A DNA stretch of 64,000 nt from Alphaproteobacteria bacterium (lineage in GTDB: Bacteria; Pseudomonadota; Alphaproteobacteria; RF32; CAG-239): the NCBI GenBank assembly GCA_017444525.1, contig JAFSWL010000004.1, positions 40,851-104,850 on the forward strand, written 5' to 3'. Shown piece by piece: positions 37,225 to 46,857 of the stretch (the first letter of the stretch is position 1; each line of letters begins with the position of its first letter). Under the pieces are notes generated by a model. It did no database searches, had not been told where the DNA came from, and saw only the letters and a list, made by a program, of their open reading frames with translations. The position numbers and the translations under genes were made by a program.

Positions 37225-39027
37225 ATGACAGATTTAAGTTTGATACGAAATTTTGCGATTATTGCCCATATTGACCACGGAAAGTCGACTCTCGCCGACC
37301 GCATTATCGAATATTGCGGCGGATTGCAAAGACGCGAAATGACCGAGCAAGTGCTGGATTCAATGGATATTGAACGCGAGCGCGGGATTACGATTAAGGC
37401 TCAGACGGTGCGGCTTGAATATAAGGCAAAAGACGGTAAAACTTATTTATTGAATCTGATTGATACGCCGGGACATGTCGATTTTACTTACGAAGTGTCG
37501 CGTTCGCTTGCTTCGTGTGAAGGTTCGGTGTTAGTGGTGGATGCTACGCAGGGAGTGGAGGCGCAGACGTTGGCCAATGTGTATTTGGCGCTCGATAATA
37601 ACCACGAAATCGTGACGGCGCTCAATAAAATCGATTTGCCGTCGGCTGATGTGTCACGGGTTAAACAGCAAATTGAAGATGTTATCGGTTTGGATACTTC
37701 AAACGCGGTGGAGGTTTCCGGCAAAACCGGCGTCGGTGTCGAGGATTTGTTGGAGGCGGTCGTTAAATATCTGCCGGCACCGACCGGAGAAGAAAATGCG
37801 CCGACCAAGGCTCTCTTAATCGACAGTTGGTATGATTCCTATTTGGGTGTGGTTATTTTAGTGCGGATTAAAGACGGTACTTTACGCAAAAAACAAAATA
37901 TTCGCCTGATGTCGACCGGCTTGGATTACGTAATTGATAAAATCGGGGTGTTTACGCCGAAAATGAAAGATGTTGATGTGCTTCACGCGGGCGAAGTAGG
38001 GTTTATTACCGCCAGTATTAAGAGTGTGGATGATTGCAAAATCGGTGATACGATTACCGATAATCGCCAACCTTGCACCGAAATGCTCGCCGGATTTAAG
38101 CCGTCGGTTTCTGTGGTGTTTTGCTCGATTTTTCCGGTGGACAGCAGCCAATATGACGCGTTGCGCGATGCTCTGGCCAAGCTTAAACTCAATGATGCCA
38201 GCATTGAATATCAGCCGGAAAATTCCGGCGCGCTCGGTTTAGGCTTCCGCTGCGGCTTTTTAGGCTTACTGCATATGGAGATTATTCAGGAGCGAATCGG
38301 ACGGGAGTTTGACTTGGATATCATTACGACCGCGCCGTCGGTGGCGTATAAGCTGTATATGACTAACGGTGTTGAAATGACACTTGATAATCCGGCGGAT
38401 ATGCCGGATCCGTCGACGATTAAGCTGATTGAAGAACCGATGGTGCGTGCAACTATTATGGTGCCGGATGAGTATTTGGGATCGATTTTGAAACTTTGCA
38501 CTGAGCGCCGCGGCACGCAAGAAAATTTAACCTATGTCGGCAATCGGGCAATGGTGGTGTATAAAATTCCGCTGAGCGAAATCGTGTTTGATTTTTATGA
38601 TCGTTTAAAATCGATTTCCAGCGGTTATGCCAGCTTTAATTATGAGCTTATCGGCTATGCGCCGGCGGATTTGGTAAAAGTTCAGATTTTGATTAACGAA
38701 GAGCCGGTCGATGCTTTGGCATTTTTATGCAATCGCACCGAGGCAGAGGCTCGCGGGAGACAGATTTGCGGACGGCTGAAAGACTTGATTCCGCGGCATT
38801 TATTTAAAATTCCGTTGCAAGCTTCTATCGGCGGACGCATTGTGGCACGCGAAACCATCTCGCCGATGCGTAAAGATGTTACCGCCAAATGTTACGGCGG
38901 CGATGTAACACGCAAGCGCAAGTTGCTTGATAATCAAAAGAAAGGTAAACAGCGTATGCGCCAGTTTGGCAAGGTGGAAGTGCCGCAGTCGGCATTTATC
39001 GAAGCCTTAAGAATCGACGATAATTAA
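37225..39027 (+). CDS. lepA: Elongation factor 4 (LepA)
   Basis: [33 protein letters not shown], and the C-terminal LepA domain. The ATG at 37225 has an AGGAAAG RBS, so the track start at 37060 is rejected. Confidence 0.97.
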   Translation: MTDLSLIRNFAIIAHIDHGKSTLADRIIEYCGGLQRREMTEQVLDSMDIERERGITIKAQTVRLEYKAKDGKTYLLNLIDTPGHVDFTYEVSRSLASCEGSVLVVDATQGVEAQTLANVYLALDNNHEIVTALNKIDLPSADVSRVKQQIEDVIGLDTSNAVEVSGKTGVGVEDLLEAVVKYLPAPTGEENAPTKALLIDSWYDSYLGVVILVRIKDGTLRKKQNIRLMSTGLDYVIDKIGVFTPKMKDVDVLHAGEVGFITASIKSVDDCKIGDTITDNRQPCTEMLAGFKPSVSVVFCSIFPVDSSQYDALRDALAKLKLNDASIEYQPENSGALGLGFRCGFLGLLHMEIIQERIGREFDLDIITTAPSVAYKLYMTNGVEMTLDNPADMPDPSTIKLIEEPMVRATIMVPDEYLGSILKLCTERRGTQENLTYVGNRAMVVYKIPLSEIVFDFYDRLKSISSGYASFNYELIGYAPADLVKVQILINEEPVDALAFLCNRTEAEARGRQICGRLKDLIPRHLFKIPLQASIGGRIVARETISPMRKDVTAKCYGGDVTRKRKLLDNQKKGKQRMRQFGKVEVPQSAFIEALRIDDN

Positions 39028-39593
39028 TCTAAAGTCAAAGTTTCATCTTTATATTTGTTAAGTATCTGATTAAGGCGTAAGTTGTTGACGGGGATATTGT
39101 TGCCGATTTTTTGAATGTCATTGCGGTATTCTTCAATAATGTTGTCATAGCTAAGCTCTTCTTTTGTTTTGTACAAAGGTTGGTATGAGGTAGTTTCTGA
39201 AGGCAATATTTCGGTGTTTTTCACCGGTTTTGCTTCTTCTGTTTCAATAATCGGTTCCGCCGGCGTTCCGGTTTGAGGAATCATCGGTTCTTGCGCCGGT
39301 CGCGGCTGGGGCTGAGCTTGTATTGTAGGTGTATTGTCATCGACGGTTGTTCGCAATTGAACAGATTCTGATTTATCTGATTTTGCAGGGACCGCCGCCT
39401 GTTTATTTTCCGGAATGGCAGGTTCGGTTGTGCGGCTTTTCAGTACAGTCGTTTTCTGTATATACACATTCGGAAGTTTTTCCGGTCTGTTCATTTTATC
39501 AAGCGTTTTTTGCGGAATAAAAATTCCGGTCGATTGTGCCATGGCAAAGGATATATATGTTATTGTCAGTATAATGATTAAAAATATTTTCAT
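39024..39593 (-). CDS. Secreted Pro/Gln-rich protein (module copy 1)
   Basis: Signal peptide ending AMA-Q and a GGAGAGG RBS before the ATG at 39593. The N-terminal motif [18 protein letters not shown] and the C-terminal motif [11 protein letters not shown] are shared with 40336..41304. Confidence 0.6.
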   Translation of the reverse strand: MKIFLIIILTITYISFAMAQSTGIFIPQKTLDKMNRPEKLPNVYIQKTTVLKSRTTEPAIPENKQAAVPAKSDKSESVQLRTTVDDNTPTIQAQPQPRPAQEPMIPQTGTPAEPIIETEEAKPVKNTEILPSETTSYQPLYKTKEELSYDNIIEEYRNDIQKIGNNIPVNNLRLNQILNKYKDETLTLD

Positions 39594-39664
39594 CTCAACC
39601 TCTCCATGACTATACAACAAATAATCTTAACGTATATTTAAGGCTTAAAAGATAAATTATAAGT

Positions 39665-40339
39665 ATGTTGAAAAGATGGACTACATTTTTGTTGATGCTG
39701 TGTTTGGCAAAATTGAGTATATCAAGTGCGGCAATTGCTGCTGATGCTGATTTTTGCGTGAGCCGAGCGCAGGAAATGCCGTTGATAAAAATTCGCTATA
39801 ATTTTGGATCTCTTACTCTCGACAATACCAAAAATACAAAACAAATTACATATGTTTGTAAAGATAAGGCAGCTGCCGGATGTTTTGCGAGAAATCAAGG
39901 TAGATATGCTACCAGTGCAAAAAGAAATAAAGTAAATATCGGGAATAAGACATGTATTATTCTATCGGTTTTGGTTGAGTTCGATTTTTCGGGTGCAACC
40001 ATTTATGTTACCAGTGAATATTCCGGTTGTAAAGCAAGAGCCGTGTTGCGGCATGAAGAACAGCATTTTATGATATGGAAAAAAGCAAACGAGGAATTGA
40101 TAAAAGAACTTAAAGTTGCATTAAAAAAGGCTGCCCTTCAGGATGTGCGCGATTGTAACAGTAAAGATGGGTGTTCAGCGCAAATTGATTATGTAGTGTA
40201 TAATCTGACGAAATCATTATATGATAAATGGGCTAAGTATTCGGAGACAAACAATGCACGTTTAGATGAAGTGGATCACGACGGAAAAAACGAGTTTGCA
40301 TTTAGAGTTTGCGATCCGTATACCTTAGAAATATTTTAA
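39665..40339 (+). CDS. Secreted HExxH protein, DUF922-like putative Zn protease (module copy 1)
   Basis: Signal peptide, IKIRYNFGSLTLDNTKNTKQI, and CKARAVLRHEEQHF (HEEQH). Confidence 0.55.
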   Translation: MLKRWTTFLLMLCLAKLSISSAAIAADADFCVSRAQEMPLIKIRYNFGSLTLDNTKNTKQITYVCKDKAAAGCFARNQGRYATSAKRNKVNIGNKTCIILSVLVEFDFSGATIYVTSEYSGCKARAVLRHEEQHFMIWKKANEELIKELKVALKKAALQDVRDCNSKDGCSAQIDYVVYNLTKSLYDKWAKYSETNNARLDEVDHDGKNEFAFRVCDPYTLEIF

Positions 40340-41304
40340 TAAGTTTCGGTAACAAACTTGTTTTGCATGGTGTCTATTTGCCGCAATAAAACGGGGTTGG
40401 TAACATCAAGACCTTTACCAATGCGACGCAAATCGGCATTATAAGAATCAAACAGCTGTTGAAATTGGAGATCAATTTTGGGGTTATGGCTGGGTACTGC
40501 TAAAATTCGGCGGTTATGATTGGCATCGACGTTTAAGCGATTGTAGGTGAGAAGATGCCGGTGTTCACTGTCAAAAAATGAGATGTAATAATTTCCTCTG
40601 AGGCTTGTGCGGAAAGCGGAAATTTGAGGATTGGAAGCAAGCCAAAATAGCGGATCGGTCGCTTCTATAATTGATATCGGTTTGCTTTTAGAGATTGTAT
40701 TAAAAAAATTGGCAAAAATTTGTTTGCGCCTTTTGTATTCTTTGCGGCTTTTTACAATATCGTTACTGATTTGATTATTGAGCTGATAATTGGCAAATTT
40801 ATAGGCCGGAGATTGTTCTTCCCAACTTGACTGAAGGTGCTGCATTTGTCGGGTATCTTTATTGAGAGCAGTCATTTCGATTTCCAGTAGTTTTTTGAGC
40901 TCATCCGGTCGCATGGAATAAGAACGGACAATCTTTTCTTTATACTTGTTTAATCGTTGTTTGCGGTAGGGTTGTTTGGCTAAAATTCTATCAACCGGAG
41001 CTTCAGAAAATTGTGCCATTATATTCTGTTGCCGGATATTTCTTGCGGCAAAAGAGGATTGCGGTTGTCCAATCAAAGAGGAGGAAAGTTGCGGAGGTTC
41101 GATTAGCGGTGAAGAATATTGCACACTGTTTGGCCGCGGTTTTGTTGTCAGCGGCGGAATTTTTTCGGTTTTGGTCATTTGATTTAGGCTGCTGTTGGGT
41201 ATATAAATATCCTGTGTGTTGTTATGAGTGCCGCGTCGAGCATTCGCAATTGCCGCGTAACCGCAGAAAATAAAACATAACCAGATAAAAAAACGTATTT
41301 TCAT
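40336..41304 (-). CDS. Secreted Pro/Gln-rich protein (module copy 2, longer)
   Basis: Signal peptide, IYIPNSSLNQMTKTEKIP, and C-terminal DSYNADLRRIG. Paralog of 39024..39593. Confidence 0.6.
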   Translation of the reverse strand: MKIRFFIWLCFIFCGYAAIANARRGTHNNTQDIYIPNSSLNQMTKTEKIPPLTTKPRPNSVQYSSPLIEPPQLSSSLIGQPQSSFAARNIRQQNIMAQFSEAPVDRILAKQPYRKQRLNKYKEKIVRSYSMRPDELKKLLEIEMTALNKDTRQMQHLQSSWEEQSPAYKFANYQLNNQISNDIVKSRKEYKRRKQIFANFFNTISKSKPISIIEATDPLFWLASNPQISAFRTSLRGNYYISFFDSEHRHLLTYNRLNVDANHNRRILAVPSHNPKIDLQFQQLFDSYNADLRRIGKGLDVTNPVLLRQIDTMQNKFVTETY

Positions 41305-41366
41305 GGTGTAAAGTATAAAATAAAAGTCTTAACGTTGACTTAATATTTTTGTTGTATGATGTGCTT

Positions 41367-42068
41367 ATGAAAATTGGTAATTTGTGCTATAAGTATTTTC
41401 CGATAATCTTCGGTTTGTTCTGGGGTGCGTATGCGCATGCGGAGTCGTTTGCTTCCGCCATGCGGTTATGTAAGAAAGAGTTCACCGATAATCCGCCGCA
41501 AATTACGATAAAATATAATTACGGAAAATTGAAAACGGATCATACCAAAACATCACAACAATTGCGTGAAATTATGAATAAAGGGTATAATGGTGAGCCT
41601 GAACGTAAACTCAATGGCTTAACACAACTCTCGCCGTATGTATTGGTGGAGAGTGATATAGTTCTTTCCGTAATTGGCTCGTATAATTGCTATTATCCGC
41701 AAAAAGTCAGCGTAACTGTCGGATATAATCCGGTTTTATATATCCGTAACGATATACAAGAGGGTAGTTGCCGCTATAATATTACATTACGTCATGAGCA
41801 GACGCATTTTGATATCGGCTACTTAAGTATGGAATATTTTCTGCATAAATTGAAGGTATCAGTACCGAAAACGCTAGAAAATGCAGGTGTTATCGTTAAA
41901 TCGCGCAAAAAAGAAAAAAATACGCGAAAAACTTTAGCAGAATTGAATAATCGCTATAAAACGCAAATAAGCCATATATTTAACAGATTCGTGCAAGATA
42001 TGATGGAGCATCAGTTGCGTATTGATACAGCGGAAAGTTACGATATCGAAGGGAAGTATTGTCGCTAA
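41367..42068 (+). CDS. Secreted HExxH protein, DUF922-like putative Zn protease (module copy 2)
   Basis: Signal peptide ending AHA-E, ITIKYNYGKLKTDHTKTSQQL, and CRYNITLRHEQTHF (HEQTH). The ATG at 41367 is preferred over the TTG at 41349. Confidence 0.55.
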   Translation: MKIGNLCYKYFPIIFGLFWGAYAHAESFASAMRLCKKEFTDNPPQITIKYNYGKLKTDHTKTSQQLREIMNKGYNGEPERKLNGLTQLSPYVLVESDIVLSVIGSYNCYYPQKVSVTVGYNPVLYIRNDIQEGSCRYNITLRHEQTHFDIGYLSMEYFLHKLKVSVPKTLENAGVIVKSRKKEKNTRKTLAELNNRYKTQISHIFNRFVQDMMEHQLRIDTAESYDIEGKYCR

Positions 42069-42073
42069 TGGTT

Positions 42074-42742
42074 TTAGGCGCAAAGTTTATAAAGCATACC
42101 CAGACATTCTTCAATATTATCCGATGCATAATCAATATATTCTGTACCTTTGTCATTTGGCTTGCCGTGGCAGATGCGCATGGTGGTCATACCGGCCTTC
42201 TTGGCAAATTCCAGATTGGAATAACTGTCATCGATAAATAAGCAATCTTCCGGAACGATTTCGGCTTTAGCGCAAAATTTGAGATAAACATCAGCACTGG
42301 CATTCTTTTTGAAAGCACCGAACTCCTCTACGGAATAAAAACGCTCCTTAAAGAAATCATATAATCCGATATGTTTTAAAATTGCTTCACATGCACTATG
42401 TGAGCTAGTGGAAAAAATATATTGAGGACATTCCAACATCTGGAGACGCGGAAGCAAATCATGATAAGGCTTAATAGGACTTAAGTTATGTTCTTTTCTT
42501 TTGTGATAGGCATCAAATAAATCTTTGGCCGGAATATCATACTTCTGCATAAGCAATTCGCCACCATCGCGATAGGTGCGATATGATTCCGTAACCATGG
42601 CTTTGGCGGTATCAAAGTCAATCGGTAATTTTAAGTCTTCAATAGCGGCTCTTGCCATTATGGTATCCATCAAATCATGAAATTCGGGAGTTTCACGATA
42701 TAATGTATTGTCCAAGTCCCAAACTATAACTTTGTATTTCAT
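42074..42742 (-). CDS. HAD-superfamily hydrolase (pyrimidine 5'-nucleotidase-like)
   Basis: Motif I VWDLDNTLY, motif IV FIDDSYSN, and a cap-domain length typical of subfamily IA. Confidence 0.85.
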   Translation of the reverse strand: MKYKVIVWDLDNTLYRETPEFHDLMDTIMARAAIEDLKLPIDFDTAKAMVTESYRTYRDGGELLMQKYDIPAKDLFDAYHKRKEHNLSPIKPYHDLLPRLQMLECPQYIFSTSSHSACEAILKHIGLYDFFKERFYSVEEFGAFKKNASADVYLKFCAKAEIVPEDCLFIDDSYSNLEFAKKAGMTTMRICHGKPNDKGTEYIDYASDNIEECLGMLYKLCA

Positions 42743-42865
42743 TTTTTCCTCTGTTATTTAAATCTCAGTGAAGATAGCATATTTTTAAAAAACGTCAAGC
42801 ATTTAAACATCAGGGATTGAAAGCGTTTGAAGTTTGAATATATCGACTTTGGCAAAGGAGGAAAA

Positions 42866-43030
42866 ATGTGGCGTTTGATTGTTCTAAGTATATGGTGTTC
42901 GGTTTCGATTTTTTCCAAAACGGAAATTTACTTTAAGCCGCCGGCTGAGCAGATAATCGAATGGTTGAAAGATGCTGAGTTTCCTGCACTTAGACTATAT
43001 TTCTATGACGATGAAGATATTGTATCCTAA
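42866..43030 (+). CDS. Small hypothetical protein (54 aa) with a hydrophobic N-terminus
   Basis: A strong AGGAGG RBS lies 6 nt before the ATG at 42866. The upstream track start at 42827 is a TTG. Confidence 0.35.
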   Translation: MWRLIVLSIWCSVSIFSKTEIYFKPPAEQIIEWLKDAEFPALRLYFYDDEDIVS

Positions 43031-43683
43031 AGTTTGGCTTCAACTAATGGTATAATGGTTGCAATCACGGCATTAATATCAAGTTCGGAAGTGTCGATAA
43101 TAACGGCATCTTCTGCCGGTTTTAACGGAGCTGTCGAGCGTTTACTGTCGCGTTCATCGCGTGCTATCATATCTTGTAATACTTTGTCATAAGATGTTAT
43201 TATGCCTTTTTGTAAAAACTCTTTGTAGCGGCGCATCGCTCTGACTTCAGTGGTAGCCGTAATAAACAATTTAAGGTTAGCATGAGGGCAGATTACGGTA
43301 CCGGTATCACGTCCGTCATATACAGCTCCGCTAGCTGGTGAACCATCAGCAAAAACCGGATTCAGCGCAAAGTTTTGTTGCATCATCAAGAGAGCCGATC
43401 GTACTTCGGGATAGGCAGATACAACCGAAGCAGCATTACTGCCGATATCAGAGCGAAAATCAGGATGTACGGATAGTTCCATCATCTGAGGGAAGGTTAA
43501 ATTGCGTGCAATTGCAACGGCCGCTTCCTGATTTTGCAAATCAGTTCCTGTTAAAACCATCTGTAAACCTACGGCTCGGTACACCATACCGGTATCAAAG
43601 TAAGCCAGTTTGTATTTGGCAGACAAATAAGAAGATATGGTTCCTTTTCCGGCGGCCGCCGGTCCGTCAATGGTTATAATCAT
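43027..43683 (-). CDS. cmk: Cytidylate kinase
   Basis: ITIDGPAAAGKGT P-loop and the FDTGMVYRAV and DGRDTGTV motifs. Confidence 0.95.
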   Translation of the reverse strand: MIITIDGPAAAGKGTISSYLSAKYKLAYFDTGMVYRAVGLQMVLTGTDLQNQEAAVAIARNLTFPQMMELSVHPDFRSDIGSNAASVVSAYPEVRSALLMMQQNFALNPVFADGSPASGAVYDGRDTGTVICPHANLKLFITATTEVRAMRRYKEFLQKGIITSYDKVLQDMIARDERDSKRSTAPLKPAEDAVIIDTSELDINAVIATIIPLVEAKL

Positions 43684-43801
43684 TCTAAACAGCCTCGTTA
43701 GTTTTATATAATTTATCTTTCTTTAACACATATTATGTCATAATGGCAACCGAAAATGTACTTATGCAATGATTTTTATTGTCGAACGGGAGATTGCAAT
43801 A

Positions 43802-44479
43802 ATGAAATTTTTAATTGCGGACGATCATGAACTGTTTTTACAGGGATTGGAATTTATTTTGCATCAGGAATATCCGCAAACAGAAATTACGGCAGCAAAA
43901 AGTTATACGGATATTTTTTCCATATTATCCGCGCAAAAAGGTTTTGATTTGATTTTGACAGATTTGGCTATGCCTGGAAATGATTGGCTCGATGCCATCA
44001 GTAAGATTCACAGTATGTGTCCAGATATACCTATTGTTATTATCTCTGCGGTTTTTGAGCGTGAGATATTGCAAAAAACATATGATCTCGGTGTTTCCGG
44101 TTATGTCTCTAAAGCATTTCCGAAAAACTTGATAATCGGCGCCATCAATTTAGTATTGGCCGGAGGTGTGTATATTCCGCCGGAGATTTTACAGATGAGC
44201 CTTAAATCGTCTTCGGAATCGGTGAGACAAATAGCAGCAGATTTGAGTGAGCCAACTGCTAAAGCAGCTAATTTAAGTAATATTACACCGCGGCAAAAAG
44301 AAGTTTTAAGTTGTATGGCAGATGGTTTGCAAAATAAGCAAATTGCTTATAATCTTGGGCTCAGCGAAGGAACCGTTAAAATTCATATTACACAGCTGAT
44401 GCGCACATTAGGAGTATCAAACCGGACAGCGGCAGTCAGAAAAGCCGTTGATCTTGGCTTATTGAAGGTAACAAAGTGA
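43802..44479 (+). CDS. NarL/LuxR-family response regulator (REC plus HTH_LuxR)
   Basis: KFLIADDHELF, LILTDLAMPG, and C-terminal LTPRQKEVLSCMADGLQNKQIAYNLGLSEGTVKIH. No cognate histidine kinase gene is adjacent. Confidence 0.9.
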   Translation: MKFLIADDHELFLQGLEFILHQEYPQTEITAAKSYTDIFSILSAQKGFDLILTDLAMPGNDWLDAISKIHSMCPDIPIVIISAVFEREILQKTYDLGVSGYVSKAFPKNLIIGAINLVLAGGVYIPPEILQMSLKSSSESVRQIAADLSEPTAKAANLSNITPRQKEVLSCMADGLQNKQIAYNLGLSEGTVKIHITQLMRTLGVSNRTAAVRKAVDLGLLKVTK

Positions 44480-44488
44480 GAGGCGATA

Positions 44489-45205
44489 ATGGTAAAACTA
44501 AATGAACTTCCCCCGTATATGCAGCTTTTTGCAAATAAAGTTTATGCAAACAAAATATTATCCGGAGTGTTTGATGATTCAAGAATTGCAGCTGTTCGCA
44601 GCTGTTGGTCGGCGAATAAAATAGTCAAGGATATGCTTAAGGATATTACCAAGAACGCACATGTACTGCAAATAGGTTTGACATTCGGAAACGAAATATT
44701 GCAGGTGTATAATAAAGTCGCCCAAAAAGGTAAGTTGGATATATTTGATGTATCTGAAACGCAAATTGGGATGGCGCGGATGCGTTATAAAGATACGGAT
44801 ATTACCATTATGAATTATAATGCCGCGTTGCCATGGGATGAAAAATATGATGTGGTAATTTGCTATAATTTGCTACGTGAACTGCCGCCGGAAACCAGAT
44901 GTAAGGTAATGGATAATGCTTTGTCCAGCCTGACAAACGGAGGAAAAGCAATTTTTGTGGATTATGCCGAGCCCGAATGGTGGCATCCGCTTAAATGGCC
45001 GTTGTTTTTATATAACAGACTTTATCGGCCGTTTGCGGAGAGCTTATGGAAAAATCCTTTGGAAAATTTTTGTTCGTTGAAAGATGAATATCGTTGGCAT
45101 CATAGCTATTATTGCGGCAGACTCTATCAAAAAACGGTGGCGGTGCGAAAAATTTTGAGCAGTGAAGATGTGGTTAAATTGACTAAACTGTTTCATGGTA
45201 AATAA
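44489..45205 (+). CDS. Class I methyltransferase-fold protein with a degenerate SAM motif I, RquA-like
   Basis: Motif I reads VLQIGLTFGNE (D to Q, GxGxG degenerate). Later FVDYAEPEWWHPLKWPLF...RPFAESLWKN...LYQKTVAVRK. Confidence 0.55.
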   Translation: MVKLNELPPYMQLFANKVYANKILSGVFDDSRIAAVRSCWSANKIVKDMLKDITKNAHVLQIGLTFGNEILQVYNKVAQKGKLDIFDVSETQIGMARMRYKDTDITIMNYNAALPWDEKYDVVICYNLLRELPPETRCKVMDNALSSLTNGGKAIFVDYAEPEWWHPLKWPLFLYNRLYRPFAESLWKNPLENFCSLKDEYRWHHSYYCGRLYQKTVAVRKILSSEDVVKLTKLFHGK

Positions 45206-45370
45206 GAGAATTTAAATTAGAAAAAACGTGAAAATTATGCTCTGCACCTTTGAGGGTATGCAGTAAATCAACAATCGTTTTATATTTAAGACTCTTTTAT
45301 GTTGCAAAAATAAATCATGCGGTTTATAGTCATAGCAATTTTGTAACTCATGTTATGTAGGAAGAAAATA

Positions 45371-46843
45371 ATGGCAAATGAAACAAATATCCATAGAGAA
45401 TCCCGATTGGCTAAGTTAAAAACCCTGCAGGAAAAAGGCTATAATCCGTACCCTTATCGCTTTGTACCGACTGCGTATGCGGCGGAATTGCACGAAAAAT
45501 ATAAGGATTTGGAAGCGGGAATCGATACCGAGGACCGCGTAACCGTTGCCGGACGCGCTATGGCCGTGCGCAACAGCGGTATGTTTGTGGATATTAAAGA
45601 TAAAACCGGCAAAATCCAAGCGTTTTGCTACAAAAAAATTCTTCCCGAAGACAATATGGAAATATTAAAATGCGTTGATGTCGGTGATATCGTCGGTGTG
45701 AGTGGATTTGTCCGTCGCACTCCGCGAGGTGAATTAACCATTGCTGCAGAAAAGTTTGATATTATCTCTAAGTCGTTGCAACCATTGCCGGAAAAATTCC
45801 ACGGTTTGACCGATATTGATGCTCGGTATCGTCAGCGTTATGTCGATTTTATTATGAATGAAGACAGTAAAGAGATATTTAAAAAACGCTGCCAAGTTAC
45901 CTCGGCGGTGCGTCGTTATTTTGAGAATCATGACTTTTTAGAAGTTGAAACACCAATGTTGCATCCGATTATGGGCGGTGCCAATGCTAAACCGTTTATT
46001 ACCCACTACAATGCACTTGATACCGATATGTATTTGCGCATTGCTCCGGAATTATACTTAAAGAAGTTGGTAGTCGGCGGATTTGATCGCGTGTTTGAAA
46101 TCGGTCGCAACTTCCGCAACGAAGGCATTGATAAAAAGCATAATCCGGAATTTACCGCTCTGGAAGCCTATATGGCTTATGCCGACTACAATGATATGGC
46201 TAATTTAATCGAAGAGCTGATTCGTTATATCACTAAAGAAGTTTTGGGCGGAAGTACATTGCCTTTGGGTGATAAAGAAATTGATATTTCCAAGCCATTC
46301 CGTCGCATTTCGATTATAGATTTAATAAAAGAGAAAACCGGTATAGATCTTTTGCAGGCAAAAACTTTGGAAGAAGCACAAGCTATGGCCAAATCTATCG
46401 GTGTTGATGCCGGCGCTTGCACTTGTTGGGGTAAAGTGGTACAGGAAGTCTTTGATGAAAGAGTTGAAGAGACATTGATTGAACCGACTTTTGTTATGGA
46501 TATGCCGCGTGATATTTCGCCGCTGGCTAAAACCCACCGCAGTAATCCGCGTTTGGTTGAACACTTTGATGCCTATATCGGTACCATCGAAGTTGGTTGT
46601 GCTTATTCGGAATTATCCAATCCTCTCGAACAACGCGAGCGCTTTGAAGCCGAAGTTGCAGCTCGCGGCAATGGCGATGATGAAGCACAAATGCTTGATG
46701 AAGATTTTATTTGCGCATTGGAAAACGGTTTCCCGCCTTCCGGTGGTATGGGTATGGGTGTTGACCGCTTTTCTATGTTGCTCTCTGGTGCCGATACCAT
46801 TCGCGACGTTATTGCCTTCCCTACATTGCGTAAAAAAGACTGA
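45371..46843 (+). CDS. lysS: Lysyl-tRNA synthetase, class II
   Basis: OB-fold N-terminus, motif 2 [18 protein letters not shown], motif 3 [14 protein letters not shown]. Confidence 0.97.
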   Translation: MANETNIHRESRLAKLKTLQEKGYNPYPYRFVPTAYAAELHEKYKDLEAGIDTEDRVTVAGRAMAVRNSGMFVDIKDKTGKIQAFCYKKILPEDNMEILKCVDVGDIVGVSGFVRRTPRGELTIAAEKFDIISKSLQPLPEKFHGLTDIDARYRQRYVDFIMNEDSKEIFKKRCQVTSAVRRYFENHDFLEVETPMLHPIMGGANAKPFITHYNALDTDMYLRIAPELYLKKLVVGGFDRVFEIGRNFRNEGIDKKHNPEFTALEAYMAYADYNDMANLIEELIRYITKEVLGGSTLPLGDKEIDISKPFRRISIIDLIKEKTGIDLLQAKTLEEAQAMAKSIGVDAGACTCWGKVVQEVFDERVEETLIEPTFVMDMPRDISPLAKTHRSNPRLVEHFDAYIGTIEVGCAYSELSNPLEQRERFEAEVAARGNGDDEAQMLDEDFICALENGFPPSGGMGMGVDRFSMLLSGADTIRDVIAFPTLRKKD

Positions 46844-46857
46844 GCGGAGAATATTTT

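Noticed and set aside
45206-45370. Looked for a T-box or lysine riboswitch leader upstream of lysS
   Set aside because: There is no specifier/T-box sequence or L-box core, and only a weak 5-bp hairpin.
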